DNA of 64,000 nt. Origin: an uncultured Acidobacteriota bacterium. Its GTDB lineage: Bacteria > Acidobacteriota > Thermoanaerobaculia > UBA5066. The notes below the pieces were generated by a model, which searched no databases, was not told where the DNA came from, and worked only from the letters and a program-made list of their open reading frames with translations. Every line of letters begins with the position of its first letter. The stretch's first letter is position 1. Location: contig CAVZYA010000001.1 in the NCBI GenBank assembly GCA_963779415.1, positions 1,088,001-1,152,000 of the forward strand. Direction: 5' to 3'. Positions 48,517 to 57,220 of this stretch are shown here, piece after piece. The translations under genes were made by a program, and so were the position numbers.

Positions 48517-49464
48517 ATGAATCAGACTGGTTCGCCCGTCCTCGTCACCGGCGGCGCGGGCTTCATCGGCTCGCACCTTTCCGACGCGCTCCTCGCCGCC
48601 GGCCACCGCGTCGTCGTCTTCGACGACCTCTCGAGCGGAAAACTCGGGCGCGTCCCGTCCGGGGCGCGCTTCGTGGAGGGGGATCTCCGGCGGCACGACC
48701 TCGGGTCCCTCCTGCGAGAGGAACGGATCGCCGCCGTCTTCCACCACGCCGCGCAGATCGACGTGAGGAAGTCGGTCGCGGACCCTGTCTTCGACGCGGA
48801 GGTGAACGTCCTCGGGACGATCCGGCTCGCGAAGGCCTGCGTCGACGCGGGCGTCTCCCAGATTCTCTTCGCGTCGAGCGGGGGCGCGATCTACGGCGAC
48901 CCGACAGGCTTCTCCGCCGACGAGAGCCACCCGATGAATCCCGTCTCTCCGTACGGGACGGCCAAGCTCGCGGGCGAAAAGTACCTCCAGTGCCTCGCCT
49001 GGGAGACCCCCCTCGTCGTGACGCTCCTCCGCTATGCGAACGTTTACGGCCCGCGGCAGGACGGCTCGGGAGAGGCCGGCGTCGTCGGGATCTGGATGAA
49101 GCGCCTTTTCGCCGGCGAGGACGGCGTGATCTACGGCGACGGCGTCCAGAGCCGGGACTTCGTCTACGTCGGCGACGTCGTCGCCGCGAATCTCGTGGCG
49201 TTCCGGAAAAAGGCGGCCGGCGTCTTCAACATCGGGACAGGGATCGAGACGACCGTGAACGCGCTCTACGACGAGGTCGCAAGGGCCTGCGGGACCTCCC
49301 GTCCGGCCCGCCGCGAAGCGGGAAAGCCGGGCGAGCAGCGCCGGAGCGTCCTCGACGTCTCCCGCGCCGCCGGCCTTCTCGGCTTCACCCCCGCCGTGCC
49401 CCTTCGGGAGGGGCTCCGGCGGACGGCGGAGTGGTTCCGGGACCCGTCGTCGCGGACGGCCTGA
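48517..49464 (+). CDS. NAD-dependent epimerase/dehydratase (UDP-glucose 4-epimerase-like)
   Basis: VTGGAGFIGSH, YGTAK, RYANVYGPRQ, RDFVYVGD. Confidence 0.92.
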   Translation: MNQTGSPVLVTGGAGFIGSHLSDALLAAGHRVVVFDDLSSGKLGRVPSGARFVEGDLRRHDLGSLLREERIAAVFHHAAQIDVRKSVADPVFDAEVNVLGTIRLAKACVDAGVSQILFASSGGAIYGDPTGFSADESHPMNPVSPYGTAKLAGEKYLQCLAWETPLVVTLLRYANVYGPRQDGSGEAGVVGIWMKRLFAGEDGVIYGDGVQSRDFVYVGDVVAANLVAFRKKAAGVFNIGTGIETTVNALYDEVARACGTSRPARREAGKPGEQRRSVLDVSRAAGLLGFTPAVPLREGLRRTAEWFRDPSSRTA

Positions 49465-50692
49465 CCCCTCCCGTTCCCGGGTGGGGCTTCGGCTCCGGAA
49501 ACTTTCGCCGGATCACGACGACGGTCTGGTCGTCCTCCGGGGAAGGCTGGCCGCTGAAGAGGCCGGCCGAGAGGAGGACCCGCTCGGCGATCTCGCGCGC
49601 CGGCCGGCGTCTCATCTCGGCCACCATCCGCCGGAGCCTCCCCGTCCCGAACTCGCGCCCCTTCTCGTCGTGCGCCTCCGTGATCCCGTCCGTGTAGAGG
49701 CAGAGGAGGTCCCCCGGCTCCATCCGGAAGCCGCGACGCCCGTAGGTCGAGTTCGGGGAAGGGCCGAGGACCATCCCCGTCGGCGCGAGCTCCTCGAAGG
49801 TTCTCCGGCGGCTCACGAAGTGAAGGGGCGCCGGGTGTCCCGCGTTGACGTAGAGAACCTCCCCGTTCGCCTCGAACTCGGCATAGAAGAGCGAGACGAA
49901 CTTCGTCGTCAGGCGGCTCTTGTTGAGGATCCGGTTCAGCCGCTCGAGCGTCCGGGAGATCTTCAGGTCGCTGCCGATCGCCATCCGGAGGCCCACGTGG
50001 ACGTCGCGGACGAGGAGGGCGGCGAGGAGGCCGTGCCCGGAGGCATCGGCGATCGCGGTGCCGAAGCTGTCGTTTCCGATCGGGATGAAATCGTAGAAGT
50101 CGCCCCCCACCAGCTCCGCCGGACGCGAGATCGCCGCGACGTCGAAGTCGCCGACGGAAGGGACGGAGCGCGGGAGGATCGACTGCTGGATCCGGTGCGC
50201 CTCCTGTATCAGCCCCTCCAGCTTCTCGGTCCGAAGCTTGCTGTCGACGGCCGTCCGGATGATGCCGAGGGCGAGGAGAAGATCGGCCGTCGGGACGCGC
50301 GGCGAGACGTCGAAGGAGAGGAGATATCCCTCGTCTCCCACCGAGACCGCCGCGAAGCGCTTCACGCCGAGGCGGGCCTCGAGGTCGCGGTCGACGGTCG
50401 GGTCGGAGAGGTCGGTGAGGTCGATCCCTTCCGAGAGCGCGCGCCGGACGGGCGCGTACTCCGTGGAGACGGTCAGGCCCGGCTCGATCTGCCGCGAGCG
50501 CCCGAAGCCCTTCGTCAGGACGTATTCGTTTTCGCGCCGGACGTAGAGGCGTCCGCCGAAGATGCCGAGCTCGTTCCGGAGGTTCCGGACGATCGCCTCG
50601 CAGACGGCGAGAATCGTGGTGGCGACGTCGGCGGAGCTCTCGATGGCGGAGAGGGTCCGCTCGACGCTTTGAAGGAGAGACCGGTAGTTCAT
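49385..50692 (-). CDS. SpoIIE/RsbU-type PP2C phosphatase with GAF-like N-terminus
   Basis: True start MNYRSLLQ; IQQSILP, VGGDFYD, IADASGHG, LYTDGITE, DDQT. Confidence 0.9.
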   Translation of the reverse strand: MNYRSLLQSVERTLSAIESSADVATTILAVCEAIVRNLRNELGIFGGRLYVRRENEYVLTKGFGRSRQIEPGLTVSTEYAPVRRALSEGIDLTDLSDPTVDRDLEARLGVKRFAAVSVGDEGYLLSFDVSPRVPTADLLLALGIIRTAVDSKLRTEKLEGLIQEAHRIQQSILPRSVPSVGDFDVAAISRPAELVGGDFYDFIPIGNDSFGTAIADASGHGLLAALLVRDVHVGLRMAIGSDLKISRTLERLNRILNKSRLTTKFVSLFYAEFEANGEVLYVNAGHPAPLHFVSRRRTFEELAPTGMVLGPSPNSTYGRRGFRMEPGDLLCLYTDGITEAHDEKGREFGTGRLRRMVAEMRRRPAREIAERVLLSAGLFSGQPSPEDDQTVVVIRRKFPEPKPHPGTGGVRPSATTGPGTTPPSAGAPPEGARRG

Positions 50693-50707
50693 GCGGGCCG
50701 GAGTGTA
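50634..50707. repeat. Direct repeat, left copy (5' end and -10 box of the phosphatase gene)
   Basis: 59 bp (50634-50692) identical to 51468-51526, plus 15 bp with 3 mismatches. Confidence 0.95.
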
Positions 50708-50752
50708 CCCGTCCTCCGGTCGATTGAGACCCCGTCTCCCGGGTACCTTCTT

Positions 50753-50768
50753 CTGTATATGATACAGT
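50753..50768 (+). promoter_or_regulatory. Operator and -10 box of the second vapBC operon
   Basis: Palindrome CTGTAT-ATG-ATACAG overlapping TATGAT. Confidence 0.55.
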
Positions 50769-50785
50769 AACGGTGAGGTTTCCCT

Positions 50786-51016
50786 GTGCCGCAGATCAAC
50801 CTCCACGTGACCGACCGCTTCGAGAAAGACCTCCGGCGCTTCATGCGCGCCCGCGGCATCCCGACGAAGTCCGCCGCGATCCGGACGGCCGTAGAGGAAG
50901 GATGCGAGCGGAGCGCGGCGGCGCGGCGGGCCGACTACCGCTCCTGGCTCGGCCTCGGGAAGAACGGGCCCGCGCGGCGCCCCCGCTTCGCCTCCCACGA
51001 CGACCTCTGGCGCTGA
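50786..51016 (+). CDS. Ribbon-helix-helix antitoxin (VapB-like)
   Basis: 76 aa, MPQINLHV..KSAAIRTAVEE; ends 3 nt before a PIN gene. Confidence 0.78.
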   Translation: MPQINLHVTDRFEKDLRRFMRARGIPTKSAAIRTAVEEGCERSAAARRADYRSWLGLGKNGPARRPRFASHDDLWR

Positions 51017-51019
51017 GCC

Positions 51020-51427
51020 GTGGTCGTCGACACCTCGGCCCTCCTCGCGGTCCTCTTCGACGAGCCCCACGGCGCCTGGTGCGCCGACCGGATGGCCGAG
51101 GCGAAGGGGGACGTCGTCATGAGCACGGTCAACCTCGCTGAAACGCTGATCCTCGTCGCCGATCGGAGACCCGGCGCCATGAAGGCTGTCGAGGAAGAGG
51201 TCGTCTCGTCCGGAGCGATCCGCTTCGTCCCCCCCGACGCCGAACAGGCCCGCGCCGCCGCGGCGGCGCGCCTCCGCTTCCCGCTCAACCTCGGCGACTG
51301 TTTCGCCTACGCGCTCGCGGTCGCCGAAGACGCCCCCATCCTCACCCTCGACCGCGACTTCCTCGCCACGGGCCACCCGCTCCTTATCCCGAAGCGGACC
51401 CCCCGCCGTACGCGGCGCCGGCCTTAG
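51020..51427 (+). CDS. vapC: PIN-domain toxin
   Basis: VVDTSALLAVLFDEP, NLAE, LNLGDCFAYALA, LTLDRDF. Confidence 0.92.
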   Translation: MVVDTSALLAVLFDEPHGAWCADRMAEAKGDVVMSTVNLAETLILVADRRPGAMKAVEEEVVSSGAIRFVPPDAEQARAAAAARLRFPLNLGDCFAYALAVAEDAPILTLDRDFLATGHPLLIPKRTPRRTRRRP

Positions 51428-51442
51428 AATTCAAATCGCAAA

Positions 51443-51526
51443 TTAGCAGACCTGACCCCGGCGGACCGAGCTCTCGATGGCGGAGAGGGTCCGCTCGACG
51501 CTTTGAAGGAGAGACCGGTAGTTCAT
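51443..51526 (-). pseudogene. Truncated duplicate of the phosphatase 5' end (27-codon mini-ORF)
   Basis: MNYRSLLQSVERTLSAIESS-VRRGQVC*; the first 20 residues match the gene starting at 50692. Confidence 0.8.
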
Positions 51527-51541
51527 TCGACCCGGAGTGTA
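51468..51541. repeat. Direct repeat, right copy
   Basis: Matches 50634-50707. Confidence 0.95.
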
Positions 51542-51567
51542 GCGGGCGCGACGGAAGCGCGCCGCGC

Positions 51568-53088
51568 TCAGCCGAACGTCGCCAGCTCTGTGAGGAAGCG
51601 GTCCTGCCAGGCGTGGCCGCGCTTCTCGGAGATCCCGCCGTTGATCAGGATCGAGAAGACGTAGCGCGCGCCGCTCTTCGCGGTGACGTAGCCGCAGATC
51701 GTCGAGACGCCGTTGATCGTTCCCGTCTTGGCCACGACGTTCCCGAAGGTGGCCGCGCCCTGGAGCCGGCTTCGAAGCGTCCCGTCGGGGTCGCCCGCAA
51801 CCGCCATCGTCCGCTCGAACGATTCGAAGTGCGGCCAGCGCGTCGCCAGGGCCTGCAGAAACTCGGCGTACGCGCGGGCGCTCGCCCGGTTGCCGCGGGA
51901 CCGGCCGGAGCCGTCCGCGAGATCGTACGCGGCCGGGTCGAGGCCGAGCGACTGAAGGAATCCGGCGACCTCCGCGAGACCGCTGGCCCACGTCCCGGCG
52001 CCGCGCTTCTCGGCGCCGAGCGTCTTGAGGATCTGCTCGGAGAAGAACCCCTGCGAGCGCTTGTTGGCGACGGAGATCGCGGTGACGAGCGGAGTCTCGT
52101 GAGTATGCAGGAGCGTCCGGGTCGCCGTCGCTTCCGGCGTGGGGGGCGTCGGAACTTCCTCCGGGGGCGCCTCCACGCGGATCCCGGCGTCGCCAAGGAC
52201 GCGGGTGAACGCCGATGCGAAATAGAGGGGCGGATCGGGGACGGTCACGTCTCCCATCCAGATCCGGTTCTTCCCGACGCTGCCGGCCGCGATGACCGTC
52301 CGGCTTCCGGCCGTCCTCCGGACGCCGACGTAGGTCCGCGAGGCAGTCGTCGAGACGTGAGAGATGAGCGAAAGGAGGTACGGCCAGGCCGGGTGAAAGC
52401 CGAGGACCGCCGGGCGTCCCGGCCTGAGACCGCCGGACGCTCTGACGAGCACGACATTGTCGTTGTAGGAGATCGCGGAGACCGGCGCCTGGTACCAGCG
52501 CCCGTCCTGCTCCTCGGGCCAGTCCGGATGGATCTTCACGTCGTCGAAGAAGGACGTGTCGAGAAGGAGGCCGCCGCGGACGTCCTTGATTCCCTGACGC
52601 GCCAGCGAATCGGCCCACGGACGGAAGACGGCGAGCGGGTCGTCGTCGTAGAGGCGCCCCGAAATCGCCGGATCGCCCCCGCCGACGACGATTAGCCGCC
52701 CCGGCAGCGTCCCGTCCGGCTCGATCTGCGTGTCGCGGTAAAGACGGGTCCGGAACCGGTACTCCTCGCCGAGACGGTCGAGCGCCGCCGCCGAGGTGAA
52801 GAGCTTCGTCGTCGAGGCGAGGACGAGCGGCCGGTCGGCGTTCACGGCAACGATCGGAGAGGCGTCGCCGATCCGCGCGACGACGACCGCGTACTCCGAT
52901 GCGGCCACGGGCCGGCGCTTCGCGAGCCATGTCAGGCGCTGCGCGAGCGTCTGCGGCGCGGCCGGCCCCTTCGGCTTCCTCGGCTTCGCGGCCATCGCGC
53001 CGGCCGGAGCGAGGAGAAAGAACGCCACAGAGGCGGCCGCGAGCGCCGCGGATCGAGCACGCAGCCGCCTCGTCACCGGATGGATCAT
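51568..53088 (-). CDS. dacB: D-alanyl-D-alanine carboxypeptidase/endopeptidase (PBP4, peptidase S13)
   Basis: Signal peptide, ASTTKLFT (SxxK), GGGDP, DGSGRSR, AKTGTI. The SxN position reads SQG. Confidence 0.9.
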   Translation of the reverse strand: MIHPVTRRLRARSAALAAASVAFFLLAPAGAMAAKPRKPKGPAAPQTLAQRLTWLAKRRPVAASEYAVVVARIGDASPIVAVNADRPLVLASTTKLFTSAAALDRLGEEYRFRTRLYRDTQIEPDGTLPGRLIVVGGGDPAISGRLYDDDPLAVFRPWADSLARQGIKDVRGGLLLDTSFFDDVKIHPDWPEEQDGRWYQAPVSAISYNDNVVLVRASGGLRPGRPAVLGFHPAWPYLLSLISHVSTTASRTYVGVRRTAGSRTVIAAGSVGKNRIWMGDVTVPDPPLYFASAFTRVLGDAGIRVEAPPEEVPTPPTPEATATRTLLHTHETPLVTAISVANKRSQGFFSEQILKTLGAEKRGAGTWASGLAEVAGFLQSLGLDPAAYDLADGSGRSRGNRASARAYAEFLQALATRWPHFESFERTMAVAGDPDGTLRSRLQGAATFGNVVAKTGTINGVSTICGYVTAKSGARYVFSILINGGISEKRGHAWQDRFLTELATFG

Positions 53089-53139
53089 GGCGGCATTTTA
53101 CGCGATCGGAGGGCGATCCCGGCCGAAATACAATGAGTC

Positions 53140-55584
53140 GTGGGCCTCTCCGTCGATCTCGCGAAAAGGACGGTCACGGTCTCGCCCGCCACGCTCCTCT
53201 CCGGCGCGTTCCGGCGGATCGGCTTCGACCGCGGGGACGGATTCGAGCGCCTCTGGATCGGGCAGGAGATTCACAGGCGCGTGCTCGGCGCCTTCGCCGA
53301 CTCGGTCCCGGGCTACGAGTCCGAAAAGGGGGTCCGGCTCGCCTTTCCCGTGGACGACTTCACCGCGGTTCTGGAAGGGCGCCTCGACGGGCGCTTCGAG
53401 GTGGACGGACGCGTCGTCGTCGACGAGGTCAAGTCGGTCCACTTCGCCGAGGATCTCGCGAAACTCCCCGGCTCGCCCCGTCTCGCACGGTTCGAGACGC
53501 AGCTCCGGTGGTACCTCCTCGCGGTGGCCCGCGCCGAAGGGCGCGAGGTGGCGGGACGGCTTGTCCTCGCCGACATCGAGACCGGCGCCACCCGGATCCA
53601 GGATGTCTCCTTCGACCCGGCCGGCGTCCTCGCGGACCTCACACGCCGGGTCCGGTGGCTGCTCGAGGAGTTCCACGCGGTCCATGCCCTCGCGGAGGCG
53701 AAGCGCGCGGAGTCGGCGAACCTCCCGTTCCCCTTCGAGGAGTTCCGTCCCGGCCAGATCGCGATGGCGGCGGCGGTCGCCAGGGCCGCGGCGACGGGGT
53801 CGCACCTTCTCGTCGAGGCGCCGACGGGCATCGGAAAGACGGCGGCGGCACTCCACCCGCTTCTCGTGAACGCCCTCGCGAAAGGCCGGAAGCTCTTCGT
53901 CCTGACCGCGAAGACGACGCAGCAGGAGATGTTCGTCCGGACGCTCGACGCGATCGACGGCGACACGTTCCGATCCGTTCGACTCCGCGCGAAGGAGCGG
54001 ATGTGCGCGAACGACGTCGTTCTCTGCCACGAGGACCACTGCCGATTCGCGAAGGACTATGCCGCGAAGATGGAGTCCTCGGGGCTGGTCGAGCGCCTTC
54101 TCGATTCGCGGCGCCACCTCGACCCCGACGCCGTCTTCGAGGAGGCGCGGCAGGAGGAGGTCTGTCCGTTCGAGGTGTCGCTGGAGCTGGCCGAGCGGGC
54201 GGACGTCGTCCTCGGCGACTACAACTATGTCTTCGACCCGGTCGTCGCCCTCGCCGCCGCGAAGGACCCGGCCTCGCTCGCCGACTCGCTTCTCCTCGTG
54301 GACGAGGCACACAACCTCGTCGACCGGGGGCGCGGCTACTATTCCCCGGAGCTCGCGGACGCGGCCCTCGCCGCGCTCGAGGAGCGGATCGGCTCCTGTT
54401 CGGCCCGGTCGGCCTGGGACGCCGCGCAGGCGGCGCGGCGCATCCGGCAGCTCGTCGCGGACGCGGCGGCCCTCCTTCCCGAAGACGGGGCGGAGCCGAC
54501 CGGCCTCGTGCCGCTCGACGTCGCGCGCCTCGACGACCTCCGGCTCGATCTCGAGTCCCTCCTCGTCCGACATCTCGCCGACCTTCGCGCCGGGGCCGAG
54601 CGGCTGCCGAACGACCCCGTCCTCGACCTCTACTTCACCTTCACGCGCTTCCACGACGTGGCACGGATGGCGCAGCCGCCGGGGGTGGACGCGCCCGATG
54701 CGGCCTTCGACGTTCTCGCCTCGCGCGCGGCCGCGGGCGCGCGTTTCTCGATCCTCTGCAAGGACCCGTCACGTCCCCTCGGAGCCGTGCTGAACGGAGC
54801 CGCCGCCACGGTCGAGATGTCGGCCACGCTGACGCCGCCCGAGTTCTACCGGGATCTCCTCGGGCTGGACCCCGACCGTACCGACGTCCTCCGTCTCCCT
54901 TCCCCGTTTCCCCGGGAGAACCGGGTCGTCCTCATCGCGGCCGACGTCGACACCACTTACTCCGCGCGCGCGAAGGACTCGCCCCGCCTCGCCGTGCTCG
55001 TGGCCGACGTCGCCCGCGCCTGTCCGGGAAACGTCCTCGCGCTCTTTCCGTCCTACCGTTTCCTCGACGACGTCCGGCGGCACCTTCCCGCCCTTCCCGG
55101 GCGGCGGGTCCTCCGGCCGTCGGACCGCTCGACCGAGCTGGAGCGGATCGCGACGCTCGACGCGATGCGCGACGGGGGCGCTCCCGTCCTTCTCCTCGCC
55201 GTCTCGGGAGGAGCGTTCGCGGAAGGGGTCGACTACCCCGGCGAGATGCTCCGCGCCGTCGTCGTCGTCTCCCCCGCTCTCCCACAGGTCCGCTTCGAGC
55301 AGGAGCGGATGCGCGCCTACTTCGAGGAGCGCTTCGAGAAGGGCTTCGAATACGCCTACGTCGTCCCCGGGATGACGCGCGTCGTCCAGAGCGCGGGGCG
55401 CCTCATCCGGTCGGAGACGGACACGGGGGTCGTCGTCCTCGCGTGTCGGCGCTTCCTCCGCGCGCCCTATGCGAGCTACCTCCCGGCGGACTGGTACGGG
55501 GACGACCCCTCGGAGCTCCTCTCGACGTCGGTGGGCGCCGACACGGCGGCCTTCTTCGAGAGATGCAGCCGCCACGTCCGCTGA
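53140..55584 (+). CDS. DinG/XPD-family Fe-S helicase with N-terminal PD-(D/E)XK nuclease domain
   Basis: GRLDG..VDEVKS nuclease motif; EAPTGIGKT; four Cys (C..C..C..CPF); DEAHNL; QSAGRLIRSETDTG. Confidence 0.9.
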   Translation: MGLSVDLAKRTVTVSPATLLSGAFRRIGFDRGDGFERLWIGQEIHRRVLGAFADSVPGYESEKGVRLAFPVDDFTAVLEGRLDGRFEVDGRVVVDEVKSVHFAEDLAKLPGSPRLARFETQLRWYLLAVARAEGREVAGRLVLADIETGATRIQDVSFDPAGVLADLTRRVRWLLEEFHAVHALAEAKRAESANLPFPFEEFRPGQIAMAAAVARAAATGSHLLVEAPTGIGKTAAALHPLLVNALAKGRKLFVLTAKTTQQEMFVRTLDAIDGDTFRSVRLRAKERMCANDVVLCHEDHCRFAKDYAAKMESSGLVERLLDSRRHLDPDAVFEEARQEEVCPFEVSLELAERADVVLGDYNYVFDPVVALAAAKDPASLADSLLLVDEAHNLVDRGRGYYSPELADAALAALEERIGSCSARSAWDAAQAARRIRQLVADAAALLPEDGAEPTGLVPLDVARLDDLRLDLESLLVRHLADLRAGAERLPNDPVLDLYFTFTRFHDVARMAQPPGVDAPDAAFDVLASRAAAGARFSILCKDPSRPLGAVLNGAAATVEMSATLTPPEFYRDLLGLDPDRTDVLRLPSPFPRENRVVLIAADVDTTYSARAKDSPRLAVLVADVARACPGNVLALFPSYRFLDDVRRHLPALPGRRVLRPSDRSTELERIATLDAMRDGGAPVLLLAVSGGAFAEGVDYPGEMLRAVVVVSPALPQVRFEQERMRAYFEERFEKGFEYAYVVPGMTRVVQSAGRLIRSETDTGVVVLACRRFLRAPYASYLPADWYGDDPSELLSTSVGADTAAFFERCSRHVR

Positions 55585-55593
55585 GGTCGCGGG

Positions 55594-56469
55594 TCAGTCG
55601 TCGAAGTCGTCCTTCGGCGAACCGCCCTTCTTCATCGGCATCGTCGTCTTCTCGGAGTCGCGCTTGCGCGTCGAGTGCGTCCGCTCGCCGCTCTCCTTCG
55701 CCCCGTCGCCGACGACGTCGATCACGATCGACGTGATGTTGTCGACGCCGCCCCGCTCGTTCGCCAGGTCGACGAGCTTCCGGACGACGGACTCCGCGGC
55801 GGTCTCCGTCAGGAGGAACCCGTGGATCTCGTCGTCGGCGACCATCCCGGTCAGTCCGTCGGAGCAGAGGAGGAAGCGGTCCCCTTCGCGGAGCGGGACC
55901 TCGATCAGGTCGACCGAGACGTGCGGCGATCCGCCGAGGGCCCGGGTGACGACATTCTTCAGGGGGTGGCTCTTCGCCTCGTCCTCCGAGAGGATTCCGG
56001 CGTTCACCTGCTCCTGCACCCACGAGTGATCGTCGGTGAGGCGCCGCAGCTCGCCGTCGCGGAAGAGATAGGCCCGGCTGTCGCCGACGTGGACGAGCGT
56101 CGCGCGCTCGCCGTCGACGAGGGCGGCCACGACCGTCGTCCCCATCCCCTTCAGCTCGGGGCGGTTCGCGACGGCGCGCATCACCTTCTCGTTGGCGCGC
56201 TCCACGGCCGCCGTCAGGCGGTTTCCGCTCGAGGAGGCGCGGTTTCCGTAGCCGAAGGGCCACGAGCTCTCCGTCGTGTCGTCGCTCGTGGCGATGAACT
56301 CCTGCATCGACTCGACCGTGATCCTCGAGGCGACCTCCCCCGCCGCGTGGCCCCCCATGCCGTCGGCCACGACGAAGAGGCCCCGCTCGGCATCGACGAG
56401 GTACGCGTCCTCGTTGTGCTTCCGCTTCCGTCCGACGTCCGTCAGCCCGAAGGCCTTGAGTGTCCGCAC
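55594..56469 (-). CDS. Stp1/PrpC-type PP2C Ser/Thr phosphatase
   Basis: TDVGRKRKHNED, VADGMGGHAAGEVAS, MGTT, HVGDSR, LCSDGL, GGVDNIT. Confidence 0.95.
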   Translation of the reverse strand: MRTLKAFGLTDVGRKRKHNEDAYLVDAERGLFVVADGMGGHAAGEVASRITVESMQEFIATSDDTTESSWPFGYGNRASSSGNRLTAAVERANEKVMRAVANRPELKGMGTTVVAALVDGERATLVHVGDSRAYLFRDGELRRLTDDHSWVQEQVNAGILSEDEAKSHPLKNVVTRALGGSPHVSVDLIEVPLREGDRFLLCSDGLTGMVADDEIHGFLLTETAAESVVRKLVDLANERGGVDNITSIVIDVVGDGAKESGERTHSTRKRDSEKTTMPMKKGGSPKDDFDD

Positions 56470-56472
56470 GCG

Positions 56473-57117
56473 TCAGACCTTCCTTCCCCAGGAGCCGCTC
56501 GTGGGGCGCTGCGTCTCGCCGTCCCGCACCTTCTGAAGGAGGGTGAGCATCTCGGCGTCGTCGGGAAACCACTTGAGAGCTTCGGTGAGGTACCGCTCGG
56601 CCTTCGCGCTCAGGCCCGCCATGTAGTAGAGGCGGCCGGCGTCCCGGTAGTACTTGGGGTTGTTGGGGTCGAGCCGGATCGCGGCCTCGATCGCCTCGAT
56701 CCCCCTCCGCACCTGCCCGACGACCCGCTGACAGCAGAGGGCGAGGTACTGCCACGCCCTCGGATCCCTGTCCCAGTGCTTGACGGCGAGGTCGAACTCC
56801 TGAAGGGCCTCCGGGTAGAGCCCTTCCTTGTATGCCTTCACGCCTCGCGCGAGGTATGCCCGCGCGATCGCCTGCGTGTCATTCGCCACCGGCTTCTGCT
56901 TGTCCAGCTCGGCGTCGTGCTGCTTGCGTCGTGCCGCGTTCGTCAGAACGTTCATCGCCTCCGTCAGGAGCTGGAAGGTCTCCTCCGCCCGCCGCTTCAG
57001 CTCCGGGTCCGACTGCCGGTCCGGGTGCCCTTCGCGGGCCAGGACCCGGAACCGCGTCCGGATCTCGTCGTCCGTCGCCTGCCGGGGAGCCCCGAGCACG
57101 TCATAGTAATTGATCAC
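56473..57117 (-). CDS. J-domain plus TPR protein
   Basis: GTG start, NYYDVLG, HPD motif, then about three TPR-like repeats. Confidence 0.85.
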   Translation of the reverse strand: MINYYDVLGAPRQATDDEIRTRFRVLAREGHPDRQSDPELKRRAEETFQLLTEAMNVLTNAARRKQHDAELDKQKPVANDTQAIARAYLARGVKAYKEGLYPEALQEFDLAVKHWDRDPRAWQYLALCCQRVVGQVRRGIEAIEAAIRLDPNNPKYYRDAGRLYYMAGLSAKAERYLTEALKWFPDDAEMLTLLQKVRDGETQRPTSGSWGRKV

Positions 57118-57220
57118 ACACCCTCGACGGCTGGCAGGGAACGAAACGCCATCTTCCCAGGCCGTTTCCGTGATTCTCACACAGCGGAGCGGCGGCGGAA
57201 AGTGGCCCGTTCCCCTTGGG

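Larger units (their letters stand above)
50634..51541. mobile_element. Putative minimal integrated cassette carrying vapBC, with att-like direct repeats
   Basis: The TA pair lies opposite to its neighbours, between direct repeats 834 bp apart; no integrase is encoded. Confidence 0.6.

Noticed and set aside
53140-53700. Cas4-like domain plus DinG as a type IV CRISPR system
   Set aside because: There is no repeat-spacer array and no other cas gene in the window; the context is housekeeping.
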